DNA from: Verrucomicrobiota bacterium
Lineage (GTDB): Bacteria; Verrucomicrobiota; Verrucomicrobiia; Chthoniobacterales; JACTMZ01
DNA length: 41,373 nt
Direction of reading: 5' to 3'
Assembly (NCBI GenBank): GCA_041177245.1
Contig: JBEDBL010000001.1
Span: forward strand, 1-41,373
The stretch's first letter is position 1. The number at the start of each line of letters is the position of its first letter. The translations under genes were made by a program, and so were the position numbers. The notes below the pieces were generated by a model. That model saw nothing but the letters and a program-made list of their open reading frames with translations, was not told where the DNA came from and searched no databases. Positions 41,280-41,373 of the stretch are shown one piece after another.

Positions 41280-41373
41280 TGAGTGAGAGTTCTGCGGTGT
41301 AAAACCCGTAGAACCCATGAAGAACCGACACAGTGTAGAACAAATCATTCGTATCCTTGGGGAGATCGAGCGC
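41280..41373 (+). mobile_element. Left end of an IS3-family insertion sequence (continues beyond the window)
   Basis: A TGA-initiated terminus, TGAGTGAGAGTTCTGCGG, begins at 41280. It is followed 37 nt later by an orfA-type start. G+C drops locally. Confidence 0.55.
41317..41373 (+). CDS. IS3-family transposase OrfA, N-terminal 19 codons (partial)
   Basis: Manual translation from the ATG at 41317 gives MKNRHSVEQIIRILGEIER. This matches the common IS3/IS407-group OrfA opening M-K-x-R-(F/H)-(S/T)-x-E-Q-I-I-x-I-L-x-E. Confidence 0.6.
   Translation, partial: MKNRHSVEQIIRILGEIER

Overview
This is a 41.4-kb bacterial chromosomal segment with high G+C (over 60% by eye, not computed). Genes are densely packed and mostly on the minus strand. 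The gene content (RRM-type RNA-binding protein, OprB porin, several STAS proteins, leaders without clear Shine-Dalgarno sequences) resembles Verrucomicrobiota/PVC-type genomes, but I cannot verify taxonomy. The left third (1-13.9 kb) is largely housekeeping. It holds a CDF metal exporter coupled to a STAS protein, and a COG2984/COG4120/COG1101-type ABC importer. That importer has a tandem-duplicated binding protein and a STAS-fusion gene embedded in the operon. Next come crcB overlapping an OprB porin gene, PPK2, YjbQ, an RRM protein-miaA-hflX string with no hfq, and a secreted LTXXQ (CpxP/Spy-like) repeat protein. The right two-thirds (13.95-40.98 kb) is a 27-kb glycan-assembly island. It contains 14 Leloir-type glycosyltransferases, two GT-C membrane glycosyltransferases, and an MBOAT plus two AlgJ/AlgX-type proteins (a periplasmic O-acetylation module). 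It also contains two cytoplasmic hexapeptide acetyltransferases, a SAM methyltransferase, an SDR epimerase and an AsnB-like enzyme whose N-terminal catalytic Cys is replaced by Pro. No Wzx/Wzy/Wzz/Wza genes, ABC exporter, processive synthase or initiating phosphoglycosyltransferase is visible, so the assembly and export logic is unexplained within the window. The island ends in a lower-GC stretch and the left end of an IS3-family element at the window edge. Many long ORFs in the track are antisense shadow ORFs or spurious N-terminal extensions. I re-set starts where start/stop coupling (ATGA and similar) and homology onset made this clear. The ORF track uses ATG, GTG and TTG starts. No rRNA, tRNA or CRISPR array was found.
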